IMG/VR virus record: IMGVR_UViG_3300042387_001967
From: a virus
Length of the DNA stretch: 64,000 nucleotides
Reading direction: 5' to 3' (one strand)
The notes under the pieces were generated by a model. That model did not search any database. It was not told the origin of the DNA and worked only from the letters and a program-made list of their open reading frames with translations. The first letter of the stretch is position 1. Each line of letters starts with the position of its first letter. A program made the position numbers and the translations under genes. Shown one piece after another: positions 61,743-64,000 of the stretch.

Positions 61743-64000
61743 TCAGTTTTCCTGCGCCGAATACTGATCCGGTTTGAACTGCTGCAGCATGCGCAGCAGA
61801 TTTTCGCCAGCGCGGGTCGCGAGTTCCGCGAGTTCCTGCTCGAAGTCGATCAGGTCTTCCTTGCCGTAGATCTCCTCGAAGTCCGCCGGCCGGTAGCGCA
61901 GCAGAAACAGAGTGCGGAAGTAGCGGTCCACGCCGGCCTCGAAGTCCGGGATGTAGAGCTTGATCTGATCGACAATGCCGTGACTGGTGGTGGCCATCTG
62001 CGACACAGCGCCGTGGTCCAGGATGTGCGGCATACCATACTGACTCGACATCTGCGCCAGTTCCTCGGGCGAACTGTTCATGATCATGTCCATCGGCAGC
62101 AGCGACTCGGCGGTCTCAGAATTCCTACCGCGCGGTCCCTGATAGGTGTCGCCGTAGCGTGACTGCTGGTCCGGGCGTCGCGGTGTGTGCGTGGAGAGAA
62201 TCTGCTGCTGAGGCGCGTCCAGCCGGACGTTCAGCTCGGGATCAAAGCTCTGCACCCACTGCTCCATGCCCTCCGGCCTGGTCAGGTATGCCTGCTTGGT
62301 GACGGAGTCGAAGATGCGGTAGGTCACGTCGCCGTCGACAGCCTTGTTGAGAATCTTGCCTGCGACATCGGTGCGCAGCGAGAAGTCTTCCGCCAGTGCG
62401 AGATGCGCCTCCAGCCACCCGAGGTTGCGAGCCGCCTTGAGCAGCGTGCCGTCCTCGCGATGCTCCACGTCGAATGTGGGCCCGGCCTTCGGACGCACCG
62501 TCACCTCGTTGGCGGTCGTGATGCCGCCGGCCGTGCGCATCCACTGCTCGACGCCGGCTGACGACATCGGGAACCGTGTGCACTTGGGCTCGACCTTGCG
62601 GACTCCGTCGTCGTCGTCACGCTTCACGTCACAGTCCACTTCCAGGAAGAACGTCTCATCGCTGAGGTATCGACCGGACGTCTCACCGCGACCAGGCGCG
62701 TAGAACAGCTTGGTCTGGTCGCCGTAGCCGATGGAGATCGTGATCACGGAGCACTCACCGTCCTTCGCAATGTCGGCCACGTGAAATGGGCGCGAGATGC
62801 TGAGGTCCCGGGTGTCGAGCGCGACGTAGCACTTCCCGGTCGAAATGGCGTCGCCAGTCACTGCCTTGGCATTTGTGTCCTGGTCGATCGTTTCATCGCC
62901 GAACACATCCTCGCCCGAGGGCAGCCTGAACAACTGCTTGTCGCTCGGGAAGTAGGCATACTCGATTTTGCTGGGCGAGCCGCTGCCGCCGCAGGGCGAC
63001 GGTCCGCTGTTGTCGAAAAGCAGGTGGTCGCTCTCGCGCAGCAGGAGTGCTTCCTCCGTGTCACCATTTGCCATGAGCAGTTGCACCTTGCCCGGGGACG
63101 ACAGTTCCTTGATGGTGCCGGCGCCGACTTCCTCGATGACGGTGTTGACGCTGTCGGCGAGCCGGTGGTCGACCAGGTCGTAGCCTTTGTCGAAGATGCG
63201 CTCGCGCTGGGCCGCGGATTTGGCCAGCTCCGGCGACAGGATGATGGAGATCGCAGGACGCGGGCCGGACGCCTCTTTGGCCAGCCAGCCGTTCACCGTC
63301 TCGAGATCCTCCTTCGTGTAATTGGATGCGACGGCCGCGGCGACGCCCGGACTGTTGCCGATGAATGCGGCGAGCTTCTCCAGTGCCTCGGGGCCGTGCG
63401 CGTCGATCACCAGCGGCAGCAGCTTGCGCATCGGCGCGTCGTCCGCGCTGTGCAGCATGAGCTCCCTCCAGATCGAACCGTCGGCCGCGGCCTTCTTGAA
63501 AGCTTCCGCGTGCGGCGCGTTCTCTTTCTTCTGCGTCGTAACGCGAAGAGCGTGGTGGCGCATCAAATCGCGCAGCTGTTCGCGAGTAAGTAGATTTTTC
63601 TCTTCGATGTGATCCAGCTTCAGGCCAGTGATGGCTTTGTCGGCCAATTCGTCCGACATGAGATGGCGGTTCTGCTTGCCGCTTGCGATTGCTTCATGCA
63701 CCTCGTCATCAGACTCGTAAATTTCCGCGTCAGCATGCGTCTCGACATCCTCCGCGCCGGGCTTCTTGCTCTGTTTGTCCCCAGCATACTTCTCGGCGAG
63801 ATACTCGCGCGTCTCAGCGTCCGCCTTCTCATTGATATCGGCTAATGTCAGACGATCAGCCGCATACTTGACGCGCTGCGGATAGGCCAGCCGGTCCATG
63901 TAGGCATCCGCCTGTCGATACCGGTTGCGGTCGACGGGCTCGCCGGCGCTCTCGTGATTGCCGCGCACCAGGTATGCGCACCAGTCCTCGGTGAGTGGGA
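61743..64000 (-). CDS. large head-module protein (truncated by window end)
   Basis: Open reading frame of at least 741 aa that appears to continue to the window edge; FKKAAA and AKEAS motifs. Confidence 0.7.
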   Translation of the reverse strand, partial: PLTEDWCAYLVRGNHESAGEPVDRNRYRQADAYMDRLAYPQRVKYAADRLTLADINEKADAETREYLAEKYAGDKQSKKPGAEDVETHADAEIYESDDEVHEAIASGKQNRHLMSDELADKAITGLKLDHIEEKNLLTREQLRDLMRHHALRVTTQKKENAPHAEAFKKAAADGSIWRELMLHSADDAPMRKLLPLVIDAHGPEALEKLAAFIGNSPGVAAAVASNYTKEDLETVNGWLAKEASGPRPAISIILSPELAKSAAQRERIFDKGYDLVDHRLADSVNTVIEEVGAGTIKELSSPGKVQLLMANGDTEEALLLRESDHLLFDNSGPSPCGGSGSPSKIEYAYFPSDKQLFRLPSGEDVFGDETIDQDTNAKAVTGDAISTGKCYVALDTRDLSISRPFHVADIAKDGECSVITISIGYGDQTKLFYAPGRGETSGRYLSDETFFLEVDCDVKRDDDDGVRKVEPKCTRFPMSSAGVEQWMRTAGGITTANEVTVRPKAGPTFDVEHREDGTLLKAARNLGWLEAHLALAEDFSLRTDVAGKILNKAVDGDVTYRIFDSVTKQAYLTRPEGMEQWVQSFDPELNVRLDAPQQQILSTHTPRRPDQQSRYGDTYQGPRGRNSETAESLLPMDMIMNSSPEELAQMSSQYGMPHILDHGAVSQMATTSHGIVDQIKLYIPDFEAGVDRYFRTLFLLRYRPADFEEIYGKEDLIDFEQELAELATRAGENLLRMLQQFKPDQYSAQEN

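Noticed and set aside
59186-61777. 863-aa plus-strand ORF
   Set aside because: Antisense shadow of two well-formed minus-strand genes, expected in GC-rich DNA; Arg/Leu/Val-rich with no motifs.
1-64000. Genome-wide TGA reassignment
   Set aside because: Many genes end in TGA with ATGA overlaps and long genes are uninterrupted in code 11; the stop at 1470 is an isolated case.
61743-64000. Portal protein call for the last ORF
   Set aside because: No portal-specific motif was recognisable and the gene is truncated; left as unknown.

Overview
The window is a fragment of a large, GC-rich tailed phage genome (myovirus, contractile tail), almost entirely coded on the minus strand, with both ends truncated. 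In order it holds: (1) a replication/recombination module at 1-12.5 kb (DnaB-like N-terminus, RecU-like resolvase, SF2 helicase, Rad50/SbcC, HNH endonuclease, Mre11/SbcD, RNase HI) interrupted by small accessory genes; (2) a terminase large subunit broken into two plus-strand ORFs by an atypically split intein, with an unrelated gene on the opposite strand between them; (3) an island at 16.0-17.7 kb with a repeated promoter motif, terminators and two strongly structured non-coding regions; (4) baseplate genes, a sigma-70-like factor, an AT-richer acyltransferase/glycosyltransferase island and tail-fibre-like genes; (5) tape measure, spike, tube, sheath, neck, major capsid, scaffold and prohead-protease genes. 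The most notable observations are a stand-alone RAMP (Cas7-like) gene coupled to a helicase/nuclease operon with no CRISPR array in view, the fractured terminase, a run of integron-type attC-like hairpins bounding small gene cassettes with no integrase in the window, and two candidate ncRNAs. All family assignments come from motif recognition by eye; no searches were run.
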